Of a stretch of DNA of 64,000 bases, positions 14,446 to 31,655 are shown one piece after another (the first letter of the stretch is position 1; each line of letters starts with the position of its first letter). Made by a program: the position numbers and the translations under genes. The DNA is taken from assembly GCF_009914755.1 (NCBI RefSeq), contig NC_060932.1. One strand, 5' to 3'. A model generated the notes under the pieces. It saw nothing but the letters and a program-made list of their open reading frames with translations, did not search any database and had not been told where the DNA came from. Source of the DNA: the human T2T-CHM13v2.0 reference genome, Homo sapiens.

Positions 14446-16384
14446 GGTATTTTATGTGAATGTTTTTCACATCCTAAATAACAGGATGGATAAAAATTCA
14501 CAATGTATCATTTCTCATATGGGTTGGTTATACAGTCCTATTTATTTAATACACTATGGCCATTTTCCCAAACAACAGAGTAAACTCTACTTACTATTTG
14601 ACTACATGAATCAGAAAGAATCAATTTTCCATTGTTGCTGTTGGTAATTGGTATCTGTATGTATACTTTGAGATGAATTTAAACATAAAGCCATGTCACT
14701 AGATGTCTAATACATTACATTGGACTATGCAAGTTCTTTTCCTTTTCTTCAGTGCTCTCAAGTGGCAAAGATTAATTTATAGTGTGTATGTGTTTTTAGC
14801 ATCTGTGAGGTTCTCCTGTGGGTTGCTCCATTGAGAGTAAAGCTTTACAAGCTGAAATGTGAATGAAGTAAAGCAGTTGTTAGGAAGAGATGGAAAACAT
14901 TATGTGCGTAATTATGTTTCCACACCTGCGTTTATGAATTCCATTTTTATAGACAGAAGGAGATGTGGAGGCAATTAAAGTTACTGTATGGACCCCATTG
15001 GCAATGAGTCATTAGAGAGTTCACAGGGCCATTAAGTATTGAGGGAAATCCCAGTGCCTAGAGAGATAGAGAAAAGCACCAAGTACTTAATTACTGGTTG
15101 TGGAGGTGAGAGTTAAAATGAAATCATGGCATTGGGTTAATAAAATCCAGATTAATATTGCTGCTGATGGACACACTCCTGTTTGAAAAACTATTTATAT
15201 AAATAAATGAATATAATTTTGTTATTTTTAAAATAGTAATTTTGGATTCTGCTAAGTTAATTATGAACTTGTGTAAAGGCTAAGAGGTCATATTTCAAAA
15301 GCGAACTTGTTTAATTAGCCTTCACATTTCACCAACATTTATCTTAGTTAAGGCAACAAATTCAATGCAACATATACTTGCTGAAGACCTACTGTGTGGT
15401 GCTATGACCAGTGTGGTGCTGGTTACTTAACATTTTATCCTAGGGGGATAGTTTCTTCTTTTAGGTACTTGTTCTTTTGAAATAACTGAAAAAGCAATGT
15501 GCTTTCTGACTCATGGTTCTTATTCCATGCTCTTAGAGCAAATGCCAGCTTGCTGTGTAACACTGTTTGCACAAAGTTTGTTTTGCACTAGGCTCATTAA
15601 GTCCCCAGGGCTCTAGTCCATATGGCGATGAATGAGTTTCAGGTAAAATAAAAAGAATGTTGTGATTCTTTTGTGAAAGAAAGAACTGTTTCTCAACTTT
15701 CTCAATAAGAGCATTTTTGATAGTGCTTAACCAAACAAAGTGCAGACTGGAGTGCAGGAAAAAGCCATCAAGAGTATCCTCTCATCCCCGTTAGGCTGGA
15801 GACGTGTGAACAAGGATATTCATGTGTGGACATGAAGCCATTCTATTAAAAATTCACGGAATGTAAAGATTCTACTACTTTCCACATCATAAATATTATC
15901 ATATAGGACATTTAAATTACTTTTCATTCATTATAAAAAATGACTGATAGAAAATACTATGAGGCAGATGGTTAGGTCCCATTTTGATGTCATTAAGAGA
16001 AAATTGCACATATTTTGTTCCAGGCAGTAATATGAGAGGTCATTTAATGAAAAACACATTTACTAAATAAACATTTTCTGTGGAATGTGTTTGGGTATAA
16101 ATATTTTTATTGTAATTGAATTTCTTTGCTATGTATGGTACTCATATTTTTAAAGACCAACTAGCTGACCTTGATGTCTAGGTTGCTTTTATTATTGTTA
16201 TAGTTGCTGAGGTGCTCAAAATAAGAGTTTTACAGGTACCAGTCAAGGGCCATAAATTTCTTCTCAGTGTGCTTGACTTTTTTCAGGATCTTAAGAAACC
16301 ATATCTCATGTTTCTTTTAGTTACCATCACTCCCGAATTTGCATCAACTCGTATATGTGTGAACTCATTTTCTAATCTTGTTAA

Positions 16385-16730
16385 CTAAAAAGTTGAACTT
16401 GTGGAAGTCTAGAGTAGAACAGTAGTTAGCAGAGGCTGAGACAGTGGTGAAAAAGGGTGTTGGGAAGATGTAGGTCAAGAGATGCAAAATTGCAGTTAAA
16501 CAGGAGAAATAAATTCAATAAATCTATTGTACAGCATGGTGACTACAGTTAATAATGTATTGTATTTGTAAAAATTCTAAGAGAGTAGATTTTATATTCT
16601 CACCACAAAATTGAAAATTATGTGAGGTAGTACGCATATTAGCCCAGTTTAGCCATTCTACAATGTGTATATATATTCTAAAACATCATGTTGTACATGA
16701 CAAATATGTATAATTTTGTCAATTTTTGTA
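16385..16730 (+). mobile_element. L1MA (about MA6-MA8) 3' end
   Basis: gagtagaacagtagttagcagaggctg...tctattgtacagcatggtgactacagttaataat...aaaacatcatgttgtacatg. Confidence 0.85.
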
Positions 16731-17102
16731 AAAATGTATGTATTGTCATTTGTAAAAATGTATGTCTTTATTGGTTTTATATTTAAGAAAAGTTTAAAAG
16801 ATTTCCTGTCATTTGTAACATTTTAGATCATTATAAACTGGACAATTTGTTTCAAATTTATTCAGGGAAAACTTCTTCTGGATTTTCTGGTAAGGCCAGA
16901 CTCTCACCATGTTGGCATAATGGGCATCTGTGTCTCTTTCCTACAGCAGGAGATAGCCATGCGCATTTTTTTTGGTGGAGGGGGGGAGCGGTTTGTTTTA
17001 GAATGTATTTCTTAGGAGAGTAATAAAGATTAAATAAAATAACCCAATTCTAATACCTAACAGAGGGTAAATCTTGTAAACTCTCAATAAATGTTAGTTT
17101 AA

Positions 17103-17143
17103 TACACACACACATACACACACATACACACACACCTATACAC
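17103..17143. repeat. Imperfect (CA)n microsatellite
   Basis: tacacacacacatacacacacatacacacacacc read directly. Confidence 0.9.
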
Positions 17144-17357
17144 CTCAGAATACAGTAATGCTATTTGACTTCAGATTGACAAGACCCTCCCAAAGCCGTT
17201 ATAGGAGTCTGTGAATTGTTTACTGGGCAAAGCACACTGACATTAGTTCTTTACTTTTCAGTTCTTCCTGATTCATCAATCACATATTCGTACACACCCT
17301 ACAATGTGTATAGAACTTTTCTGGGTGCTTAGCAAGATGCCAAGTAGTATAAAATAG

Positions 17358-17754
<397 letters not shown>

Positions 17755-19954
17755 TCAGATTAATTGCAATTGCTTTCTTTCCCTTAAGTCCTCAATTATA
17801 ATAATAGACCTATATTTTCAATCATCACCAGATAATTTAATCAAACCTCCAAAATTCTGAAAATTTTCATTCATTGATTTTTGATTTCAAAGACCTTAAA
17901 CCTTAAGGTTTTTCCTCCCTAGTAAACACCACTGAAGTTCTAGAACTCCTTAGTTTCTGATAATGGTGTGGTCATACAGAGGAAACAGTGAACTAAAACT
18001 TGAGAGACTGTGAATCACCCTTCCCAGAAGCACTATCGAGCTCCGTGACCATTAAAAAAAAAAAAATCATTTCACCTTTCTGAAACTCAGTTCTTATATT
18101 TTAAAACCAAGAGGCCAAAAAACAAAAGACCACAAAGCTCTTTGGCAGCCGTAGCAAATGATGGCAACTTGGCTGCCCAGGATATCATGAAGCTGTTTGA
18201 AAAATTTATCTCCATTTTTCCTAATATGGTACCAAACCATCTTGATTACTCAATAATATAAGCTTAAATATTATCCTTTTTTAAAAAATATTATCCTTTT
18301 AAGCTAACCACAATATACAGAAGTTAATATGGATGTTATTGGCTAAGATAAAATTATGAGTTATTTCTAAAACCAAACAGAAAAAGTACGCGGAATGTGA
18401 GGAGTGCTTCAATAGAATCACACATTTCCTATTCTCACAACTGTAGACTTTCCATCTATTTGGAAAAATGGAAACAAAGAAATAAAGATAAATCTTATAT
18501 ATGTTTGAGTGAAAACATGAATGTATCATGCTTCAAAGTTTTTTATATCTAGGGTAGAGAAAATACCATCATATTAGAAGCTAATGCCCTGAGAGATATC
18601 AACAAAGAAAACTAGCAATCTTTAAAGGCCTCAAGGAAGAGCTAATAAACTTTTTCTCTGGGAGTGATTTGAAAAGACTATTTACATCATCAAACAGTAA
18701 AAGTTTCACCTTTCATTGCATTAGAATAATTCAAGGCAAAGATAATTTTTCATTGTTAACTCAAGAAGAACCAGCATGTATGTTCATCCATGCATACATA
18801 CATCTAGAACAAAATTAGTCACATTTTAAAATAATTGTCACTATTTTGGCTGCCTTTAGATCTAAGTAAAGATACATTTTAAGAGGTGAGAAGATAACTG
18901 CTAAATAGAAACTATACCTTTTCATCTCCATGTTGTTCTTTTCAAGAACTCAGGCTGCAGGCAAGAATCTAGTAACCCTACTAAGATAGACAGGAGTTTG
19001 TTCATGTTTGTGGAGAGGCAACAATTAGTTTTCATGCTGAGAAGCTCTTCCCAGGGAACATCTGAGTGTTGGAAGCAGTAGACAACAATTACCAAACAAA
19101 CAAACAAACAAACAAAAAACACCTAAAACCAAAATATTGCTTAAGTTCCCCTTATGCCATCAGTGGGCCAAAGACATGGGTCCAGCTCCACTGGTTAGCA
19201 TATAGGAGAGGGTGGCCACAAAGTATAGTAGCTCTTTGTGTTCAGGCCATCAGTAAGAATTACGAGACTATGTTCTTGAGTGCAGTAGTGCCCCAACCTC
19301 ATCCCTCCGAAAAAAAAATTCCATCAGTAGTATCCAGCATGACAGCAGAAGACTTAAGGCAAATGGTCTATGAGGACACTGGCTCCCTAATCCTCAAAAC
19401 CTGTCTCTAATCCTTAATTTTGTCTCATGCATGTCCCTCACTAGCAAGTGCCAGCATCTCACATTTCTCTGGAAAACCAAATTACTGCAATCTTACTTCC
19501 AGCTCCAGCACAATAGTGGCTGAAAGATTCTGCACTTTCTATCTCGCCAATCCATTTCCCCATGTACCTATGAACTGAAACCAGGTACATCTTGGATGGA
19601 ACAGTCACTCAGGAAGTACCTAAACACCCTGCATTTAAGGCTTAGCCATATTTTCTGGGATGTAATGTCTCTTACCTACTTGGGCTCTAACTCTGGAATA
19701 GTCAGTACTGAGCTTTTGGATACCAGACAAGTAGATTCAGGTCTATAATGATCCTGGCTCCTGGCCACAAGTAATCATGGACCAGTTCATGGACTGCCTG
19801 CCTTGAATTTGTGAGTTAAATACTGGTATATGCAGGACTAAGATGGATAAATCAGGGGTTTCTTACATAAGTCAAGGCAGAATGTCTGAAATAAAGAGAT
19901 ATTGGTGAGAGATCTAAAATGAGACTAGCACTTAGCTAATAATAATAGTAATAT

Positions 19955-20070
19955 TAAATTAATAAAATAAAAAATAGCTACCTCTTAGGCACTCTGTTAA
20001 GTGTGCCACATGCATTAATGTGTTTACTCTTCAGAACAATCCTATGAGATACGATATCCCAAATTTACAG
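19955..20070 (-). mobile_element. MIR 3' fragment
   Basis: aggcactctgttaagtg...aacaatcctatgagat...tttacag. Confidence 0.6.
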
Positions 20071-20779
20071 GTAGTTATGTTTGGAATAATGGGATTGTGT
20101 AGGTAGGATCAAACAAGCAGAGACTTTTGAAAGTCCTTCAGGTAAAAATTGAAACAAGAACTTAGCAGTTGAGTTCTATCTGGCAACTGGCTAATGTCCA
20201 AGAGCAATCAGCAAATTAGTAAATCTTTCCCATGTCAACCAACCTAATGTGTGTTCACAAGGGAATGGCTTACACATTTCCTTGATAATGTCTTTATCAG
20301 AGCCAACTGCTACACTAGAACAATCCTAAGAATCCCCCAGAATTGCGGAAGAACTGCCAATTCTGCACAGTTGTGACTGCTAGAAGACAGTGGCTATGAA
20401 TCACCTGCATGTACGCCTCTCACAGAACTTTAAATCCAGGCTTACTCAGTATAGGTTCAGCCAGAGTGTTGGAACATCCTGCCGCTGCAGTTTAGCATAT
20501 ACCATAAAAGATCCTGAGCAATCCTTTGGCATCAGGGGTAATGCAATGAGAACTACTCAACTCCCAGATCTGGAAAGTTGGGATATTTGTGACTAAGACT
20601 TAATGAAATGACTTGTTCATGATTTGGTGAACCGAATTTCTTTTCACAACTTGGAGGGCTGAATTTCTGCCAATAAAGGTATATTTTACAGACAAGTGTT
20701 ATAATAGAAAGCAAATACAAATATTTATGAAGTTGGCAATGTATTGGAAATGGTAGAGATTATCATTTGCTTCCGTCCA

Positions 20780-21238
20780 CTGTGATAAATGATTGTTTTC
20801 CTGTTGTCCTTCTAGATCTGCTCTGCACCCTTTCCATCTGTCCTCAGCCAGGAAAACTGACCTATAAGGACCATATCACCTGGGTTCCTGTGACTTCTGG
20901 CTTCGAGTTGAAGACCGTCAATGGGGAACATGATTAGCAGACTGGGGCAGAGGACAAGGAAGAAGAGTAAGGGTGGGGTATTTATTACTTTTGATATCTG
21001 TCTGCAATGTTGTCTTGGGCTGGGCATGCCCCTTGACTGAAGCTCTCTATCCTTCCAGGTTCAGGCAACTGACTCCTCTCGCTCATTTCTTCAAGCCTAG
21101 GAATGTTCCACCTGTCTCCAAGTTCCTGCATTTTCCCTTGTGGTAATGCTATATTCACACTCAACCTGTTGTAAATAAATCCTGATTAAAATCACCTTGA
21201 GTGTACTTTCCGTTTTCAGATGGAACACTGATTGACAG
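20780..21238 (+). mobile_element. Old ERVL LTR (LTR33-like)
   Basis: ggggtatttatt box, cttcaagcctagg, ttgtaaataaatcctgattaaa, and an end gagtgtactttccgttttc...actgattgaca. Confidence 0.6.
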
Positions 21239-21819
21239 AACCATTCACACCCCAGTCATAAATCAGCCCTAGATTTAATATGAGTCTATCTTCTCCACAA
21301 TCCTTTTATAGAATAACTTTTAAAAACTCCCAGGTTGAGCTCCCTGATCTCTTCTGCCTTCAACTTTCTCTCATCTTCCAAAAGGCTACGGTCACCTTTC
21401 TTTTTATCCATTGCTTCCTGTTAACTTCAAACCATATTATTCCTGCTCTTGCTATTCTCATAATTTAGTTTTCTAAACATAAAAACCTTCTACAGCCAAA
21501 TGGATTACAAAGATTCAAAATTCCCTGTGAACATAAGCTGCAAACGGCATAAATGACTTTTGCTAGTTGCAAGCGGCCTTGATAACACAAGTAGTGCTAT
21601 ATGCAAATGAATGCTAATGTGAAAGTGGCTTTGTCACTTGAGATTAATGTGTTTTAGGTGAAAAAAAAAAGTCTAGGAGTACAGAGATTTATGATAATTC
21701 TTATCTACATCAGGTGCTTTGAATCTCTTAACTGACCTGGAGTAGTCATGGCAATGGCCTTTTTGCATCTACAGAATTTAAAAACAAACCTTCAAAGCTT
21801 TAGAGAAATGTTTATCTAT

Positions 21820-22064
21820 TTATTCACTTGCCAAATGTATTTGGTACCTTCCGTATGTTAAGCATTATATTTGATTTTATATGTTTCAAAAATAAACAGG
21901 ACACAGTATCTGCCTTCAAGAACCTTACAGCTAGTGGTGGAGGCAGAACCATAAGCAGAAAAGATAATACAGGATGATAAGAGCAGTAATAGAGAAACAA
22001 ACTGTTGTGAGAGCACAATAAAGGAGTAACCAACTCACCTTGGGTGATCACTGAAAGTTTTCCA
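21820..22064 (-). mobile_element. L2 fragment (host of the AluYd insertion)
   Basis: tattcacttgccaaatgtatttggtacct...gacacagtatctgccttcaagaaccttacag. Confidence 0.65.
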
Positions 22065-22377
22065 GGCGGGGCGCGGTGGGTCACGCTTGTAATCCCAGCA
22101 CTTTGGGAGGCCGAGGCGGGCAGATCACGAGGTCAGGAGATTGAGACCACGGTGAAACCCCTTCTCTACTAAAAATACAAAAAAAAAAAAAAAAAAAAAA
22201 AAAATTAGCCGGGCGTGGTGGCGGGCGCCTGCAGACGCAGCTACTCGGAGAGGCTGAGGCAGGAGAATGGCGTGAACCCAGGAGGCGGAGCTTGCAGTGA
22301 GCCGAGAATGCGCCACTGCACTCTAGCCGGGGCGAGACAGAGCGAGACTCCGTCTCAGGAAAAAAAAAAAAAAAAAA
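22065..22377 (+). mobile_element. Young AluYd-lineage element (AluYd3a1/gibbon-like)
   Basis: 12-bp deletion (gagacc^acggtgaaacc), cacgcttgta, tactcggagaggctg, and an A26 central linker. Perfect TSD gaaagttttcca at 22053-22064 and 22378-22389. Confidence 0.93.
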
Positions 22378-25112
22378 GAAAGTTTTCCAGAGAAGACAGT
22401 TCTTGAACTAAATCAACAGGATTGGACACGTAGAACTGCCTGCCTGCTAGATATTTCCTCCTGAATATCCTGTAGAAACTTCAAACTCAACAAAGTTCAA
22501 AGTAATGTATCATCATTTACTTTAAACATGCTTCTCTATTTCTCTGTTTTTCAGGTTCTATTCAGTCACCTAAACTACAAACCAGGGCATCAGCCCTATC
22601 TAATAAGTCCTGCTGATATAACCTCTTCAAATAAATGAAAAAATAGAGCTGACTAAGCCCAAAGTTGTGGTTGATGAATGTTATGAGCTCGAGTGTGGTT
22701 GAAGATTAGAATGGACTAATCTTTATATTTACAGTTATTCCTCTGATAATATCCAAAGCTTTAATAAAAAAATAGCAAAACTAATCATTTAATGATTAAA
22801 GTTTTCAAAGACAATTTAGGAAACATTTATATCAGACTATCTGGGATTTCATTTTTACACCAGTGCCCTTGGAGATTTAGATATTCTCCTTCAAGGTAAA
22901 AGTGGGGAAAGAAACTCTCTCTGACATACCAGGCTGATATGTACTGTTTTTTCTCCAAGATGTTGCCTATGGGAGTATGTTTTATATAAGAATATGTTTG
23001 AATCAAAAAAAAATTCAAGACTCAATGGGCAAAGCTAAGAGAATAAAAGGAACTAAATGTCTCTGGGTACCTATCACTGGCATAATTCTAATCTGTTTTT
23101 CAAGAGAGAGATTATTTCCCTCTAATTTCCAGTTTTGTGATAAAGTCCTTCTTAAGATTTGAGTAAACATAGGACATAATGTAATTTCATCTAAAACAGA
23201 TTGTTATCAAGACCAAAGATTCATTGAAATGACTACAAAACACTAAGAAAGTCTATTTGGAAGTGATAGCAATTTAAAAAAAATCAACCCATCAAGAGTA
23301 TGTTAACAGTCCTGGGAAGGTAATGCAATTTGAATACAGTATTACAGAGAAATAAATGAAATTCACAAATTAGACTATATATATCAACAGAATGTTGATG
23401 CTTAATGCAAGCTGCATAATATTGCTGCTGTTCAGTTTTTGTTCATTTTGCAAAGTAACTAAACCCAAATGTGAATGTTCAAAAACTGCTTATGCTAAAT
23501 AAAATGGATTCTGCTTTCCTTTCACATCAGCAGCAAGTGCTTAGTAATTATTGCTGTCACTGGATGTTATACTGCATTGATCCAGGCATTGAACTCTGAT
23601 GATATTGATTTGTGCCTAAAGCTTGAATAAAGTTTAGTGAACAATCTCAAATTCCCAGGAGTAGATGCCTCTTGCTCTGTATGTTCCCACCATCCCAAGC
23701 AAATGCCACACAACTTAAAAACTGTTAAGTAGATTATGACCTTACATATTTTAGTTTAATGTATGCTAATTCCTTACTTATATGACAATTTTTCTTAAAG
23801 ACCATTAAAGGATCCACTAAAGGTTATTCATCTCAAACATGACCATGTCCTAGTGGAGGAGGAAGACAAGCCAGATCTTAATTATTCAGCTGAATAACTT
23901 TGAAACATAGAAATAAAGATTTGTCAAAGATCTCTTTCTCTTTTCCTCTCTCTCATATACATACAGGGAAAATAAAACTCTCATAAAATTATTTGTTTTC
24001 AGTCTCAAATTAAAATATTGCTTTTCTGTCCGTATGCTTTAAAAAATACCCACTATTTCTCATTTCTGACTGTTTACCTTTTTATTACATTTCCTTTTAT
24101 ATTTACAAAATTTTTTTTGAAATATATCCATCTAAGGTAAAAAGCTTTGGGGTAAGGACACTTCATAAGACTGAAAATTCGCCTCTCAACCAGTGTCACC
24201 ATAGAAAAGGTGATTATAGAAAGACTGTAAATTATTCTCCAAGAAAATGGGAAAGTACAAATGCCACTCCCTTTGGATAGAACTATTCCCCCAAATAGCA
24301 GGTTTTTTTTTTTTTTAGATGCAAGACAAAAGTGAGAAACAATTTGGGCATTTAATAGTAAGATTTAACCTCAGAACATATAGCTTCAGCCAGTGATGTC
24401 CAGCAATAAAACCATATTACAGCTTAATGGAATAGAGACTTCATAGAGCCTACAGATCGTATTGACTGAGACATTTACATGAAACACTTTTTCCTTTTTG
24501 ATAATACTGGGATTAATAATATGTGATATTTGATGTTATCTCAGTTTATTAGGAAATATTTGTTGATTATACTTCTGAAAATGATAGAAGAAACATTAAT
24601 CCATTAAATTTGAGAATCTCAGTCCTAATTTTCAATGTTTCTTGTATCTTCTATTGCTTTATAAGAATCTTTATTTCAAGGATTCTAGGGATGATTCTCT
24701 ACTGAAGTTGTTTTCATAATGGAATTAGAAGAGAAAATGACAGACATATGCATCCTACAGTATTTTACTATGTCAATACAAATGAAGTGAAATAAATAAG
24801 AAATTGGAAGTTTTCAACTCTGTTCTTTGGTCACCACACCAATTGTTCCCGGCTAGCTCAACTATAAAACAAATTTGGTAAATTCCTGATTTGCTTAAAT
24901 GGGAAACAATGACATTTTCTTGAGGCAACTTAAATTCCATCAGGTGTTTCTCCCAGTAAGGAAAACTAGTGTTGAGTTGCTTTATCTCTACTAGGAACAA
25001 AGATTTCACGTGATCTCTAAAGCCCAAAGAGAAGAACCTAGGTACTCTCCTCAGTCCTTGGCTCAAGTTGCTTTATTCTGTATTTCTACATCTACCCTAG
25101 CATAGAAACAAC

Positions 25113-27160
<2,048 letters not shown>

Positions 27161-27269
27161 GAAACAACTTTTAAAACAAAATGCCTCTTGTTGTTAAAAA
27201 GTCATATTTGTGGTTTACAAACATTGGAAAAATATCAATGGCATAGTAGGGAAGCCTAGTAGATAGCAG

Positions 27270-27895
27270 GACAAAGTGCCTACTGATGTGAGGCTCTGAG
27301 GAAGACCCAACATAATCGATGTGTCATTTCTGTCCAAAATGCATAATCTGGAATCTACTCATGGGGAAACATTAGACAAATGCAAATTGAGGAACAGACT
27401 ACAAAATAAATGGCATTCACTATTAAAAAACACAAAAGCTAATAAATACAATAAGCACCCTGGGATTGGATCCTGAGCCAAAAAAAAAAAAAAAATCACC
27501 ATAAAGGATATTATGACAACTGACATTTTTAAAATAAGTTCTTCAGATTTGATCATGGTATTGTACTAATGTTAAATTTCCTGATTTTCATCAATGTGCT
27601 AAGATTATGTATACAAATATCCTTGTTCTTGGGATACATACCCTGAAATATTTAAGAGTAAAGGAGCGTGATATTCTCAACTTATTCTCAAATGGTTCAG
27701 AAAAGAAATACAGATACACACAAATATACATGCATATACACACATACACACACAATGGGGGTGTGAGATAGAGACAGAAAAACAGTAAGTATAGCAAAAT
27801 GTTAACATTAGGTGATTCTGAGAAAAGGGTATACAGAACTTCATTTTATTCTAAACTTCCCATAAGTTTGAAATTATTTCAAAAGAAAAAGTTTC
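27270..27895 (+). mobile_element. L1MC4-like 3' UTR
   Basis: ccaaaatgcataatctggaatcta...gaaacattagacaaatgcaaattgagg...gtttgaaattatttcaaaagaaaaag. Confidence 0.8.
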
Positions 27896-28585
27896 TTAAA
27901 AATTATATCAGTTAAGTGTAAAGGGGTTTTATGTCTACTTAAAAGTGTCGTGGGATCCCTTGCATTTCTGATGGTGAATGCTATGCTGATTTAGGATAGG
28001 AGCAGATCAAAACAACTTTTTGCTCCAGATAATGGTTATTTTGTTGAAGATCTGATGATTTCTTTTCTGTTTACTGCTGGCCAACACAATTTCCTTGATT
28101 TCCCTTTCACTGTGTAAAATAAACCATACACCACAAAAGAATGGTGTCCTGTCTAGATTTTTTCATATTAAAAAAACTCTTATTCTAATTATATAAAGAG
28201 TAAATGGTTGGCAGCTATTAGCACTTGAAAAAGATCTTTTGATGTGAGCTGAAACAAAAACATTAACAACCTGACATTTATTCCCACATTCACTGTAGTT
28301 ACTATCTCAGAGATACCAAAACAAATACGGCACCAACAGTGCACTGAAGCCAAACAATTGGCCTGCACTTCCTGGGCAATCAGGGGCAAGGGATGGAGTT
28401 GGAGGCCATGGGATTCACCAAGCTTCCTAAAGCTGGCTCAGTACTAGCCTTGGCACACAGAACATTCGAGGAGAAGTAGAACAGTATTTTTGCACATGAA
28501 TACCTTTGGCAAAACCCACTGTTTATTCTTTTGATTTTCTTTTATAACAATTGAGAGTCTCTTCAGTTGCTAAGTGAAGGATCTA

Positions 28586-28929
<344 letters not shown>

Positions 28930-29161
28930 AAGTAGAAATACATATTTCTATAACAGTCAATTGGATTATACCTACAATAATTCATAGCTACCTAGATAAA
29001 AGAACAGGATCACACATATTATGAAATGTAAAATACTTAATGTGGCCTGGTTATGGCTGACAACAAATGGTGTCTGATTCTAAAGGGTTCACTACGGCTT
29101 GTTTGGGAAAAGCTGTTCAACTTCCTCATTTTCCTCTTCCTTGAATTGTTCCTTGCACTAG

Positions 29162-29432
<271 letters not shown>

Positions 29433-29799
29433 AGAATAACTACTTAAGATGAATGAATCCTTCATTCAGATGCAAAATATCAATGACAATAATGCCACTG
29501 AAAATTTGTGCTGTTGTGCAGGTAAAGGGAGTGCTTTGATATAAAATGCTCAGAAAGTTGTGATTAGTAGATTTAGTGCATACAACTGTCAGAGGTCCAT
29601 ATGGTCTTTCATAATGTTAAGATTAAACTTACTCTCAAAGAAAAATCCCTGCCCGTGAGAGCTGAACTATTTCCAATGCCTGGGTTATACCTTGCTGAGA
29701 AGCCATCCATATTAGATGATTTCTTATTTCTCTTTGGCCAGTGGAGTCCCAGTAGCTATATCATATTCTCATTCATGAATGTACAATGTCCTAAGGAAT

Positions 29800-30022
29800 T
29801 AAGAGCTTTTATGGACCTGAGTTCAAATCTGACTATTCCAATAATAGGCAGTATAAGTTTTGCACCAGTTTTCCTAGTACTTACTAAACCTCAGTCTCTC
29901 TTCTGTAAAATTGATATAAAATAATATATGTTATAGGAGTATTGAGAGGCTTGAGTCAACAACGGTAAGGTCTTTAGCACAACGTGTGGTATTTAATTAG
30001 AGTTAAATAAATATTGGTCATT
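29800..30022 (+). mobile_element. MIR
   Basis: gacctgagttcaaatc...cctcagtctctcttctgtaaaatt...aataaatattgg. Confidence 0.7.
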
Positions 30023-30859
30023 TTTCTACACACAGGAACATAAATGGATATGTCAGGGTGATCCCATTGTCCATACAACCAAAGTCTCTGCACTGGTATC
30101 ATCAAATTGGAATATGAGAAAACAGGAAGACCTAACTCCCTTAACATCATTATCTATTTGCTTACCTTGATTTTCATAGTACCTGAGTTCTCTCATGCTT
30201 ATTTATGCATTTAGGCACATTAATTGTTAAAAATGGTTTTAACATGTCAGTTGGTTTATAACCCATATTTCTTTGCCATTCCTTTCCGTATCCTACACTT
30301 AGTCCCCTAGTTTCAAGACAAAACAAAAGAAAATTGAAATGAGATAGTGCCTCACCAGCCTGCCTTCCCTCCCCAGGGTAGCAAGACAAATAAAGGTTTT
30401 GTTGTTTGTCTCAAGTTAGCATCAACACAGCCTGCAGCAGCCCTGTCAGCACCAGCCCGTGATGCCAGGGAATTGCTGGGAGTGCCAGCATGCTGGTGCC
30501 AATTTGCTGCCTGGGCTCCTTCAAAACCACATCAAAGTATCTGCCAGTTTCTAAACTTCCTTCCAAGGCTCATGGAGGAACATGGGGACCTCTAGATGGG
30601 ATCAGATGTGTGGTTTTTCACATTCCCCCCTCCATCTCCTCTGCCTGCCAACTTGGGTGAGCCTCCAGTATTCTCTGTGTCCACAGGACTCTTCGGTTGC
30701 CTATAAGATAACATTCATAATAGTTGAAACCTGTGATAGTTTGTGAGAAAGATCCAATAAATTATATAATTTATGTATCTTCTCTATTACAAAAGGCCTG
30801 ACTCCTACAAATATTTCAAAATTTAATAAATAATTCTCCAAGAATTCAAATGCACATAG

Positions 30860-31655
30860 TTTGTTTTGGAGGTACAGAAAATACCATTATTGAGAGGCTT
30901 ATTGGAGTGGTCTAGTGATAAAAGGAAGAGAAGAAAGACAACAGTTTATTAAGTCATCACAGTGGACAACTAAATTCTATGGGAAAATGCTGTGAAATAG
31001 TGTAAAACATAAGCCACGTGTGATGGCTCATTTTATATGTCAACTTGGCTAGGCTATGGAGCCCAGGTGTCTAGTTAAACGCTAGTCTAGTTGTTGCTGT
31101 GAAGTCTACAATCAGTAGTCATCAAAGCAGAAGACTACAGCATAGACAACATGCCTGAATTTCCAGCCTACTGGAGTGTCCTGAAGATTTCAGATTCAAG
31201 ACTGCAACATTTAACTCTTACCTGAACTTCCAGCCTGCTGGCCTACCTTACAAATTTAATACTTATCAGTCCCTACAATCACATAAGCAAATTCTGTAAA
31301 ATCTTCCTCTCTCTCTCTTTCCCTTTCTTTCTCTCTCTCTTTCTCATGCATATGTGTTCATGGTTCTGTTTCTCTGAAGAATCCTGTCTTAATACACCAC
31401 ACAAGAAGTAAAGATGCTAGGTTAGTGATATACCAATGCCCTCCAAACATTGGTTGACAGCTGTGCTCAGGGGTAGTAGAGCCCTGGACATTTCTAGACT
31501 GTTGCATGCACAAGCAGAACATCTTTTTCAGCTCTGGAAAAAGCCTAAAAAGCCTTTAGGCACAGAAATAAATATATTGGTGATTGGAAGTGGGCTGGAG
31601 CATGCCAAAGTGGTGGGTCCAAGGGATATGAGTGAGGCAGTAACTTATCTGCTTA
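30860..31655 (-). mobile_element. Old MLT1-type LTR (minus strand), interrupted by an MLT2 LTR
   Basis: Degenerate MLT1-like motifs on both sides of the MLT2 insertion. Abuts a minus-strand polypurine tract (tccatcccttgtacc, about 31657-31671). Confidence 0.5.
31019..31396 (+). mobile_element. ERVL solo LTR (MLT2B/D-like)
   Basis: tgtgatggctcattttatatgtcaacttggctaggcta ... ggttctgtttctctgaagaatcctgtcttaataca. TSD ccac(g/a). Confidence 0.88.

Noticed and set aside
16716-16820. ~24-bp tandem duplication (ttgtca..tttgtaaaaatgtatgt) after the L1MA end
   Set aside because: Local AT-rich slippage duplication with no spacer structure or other significance.
29450-29470. Hairpin tgaatgaa-tcc-ttcattca
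   Set aside because: An 8-bp AT-rich stem made of (TGAA)n-type sequence, expected by chance.
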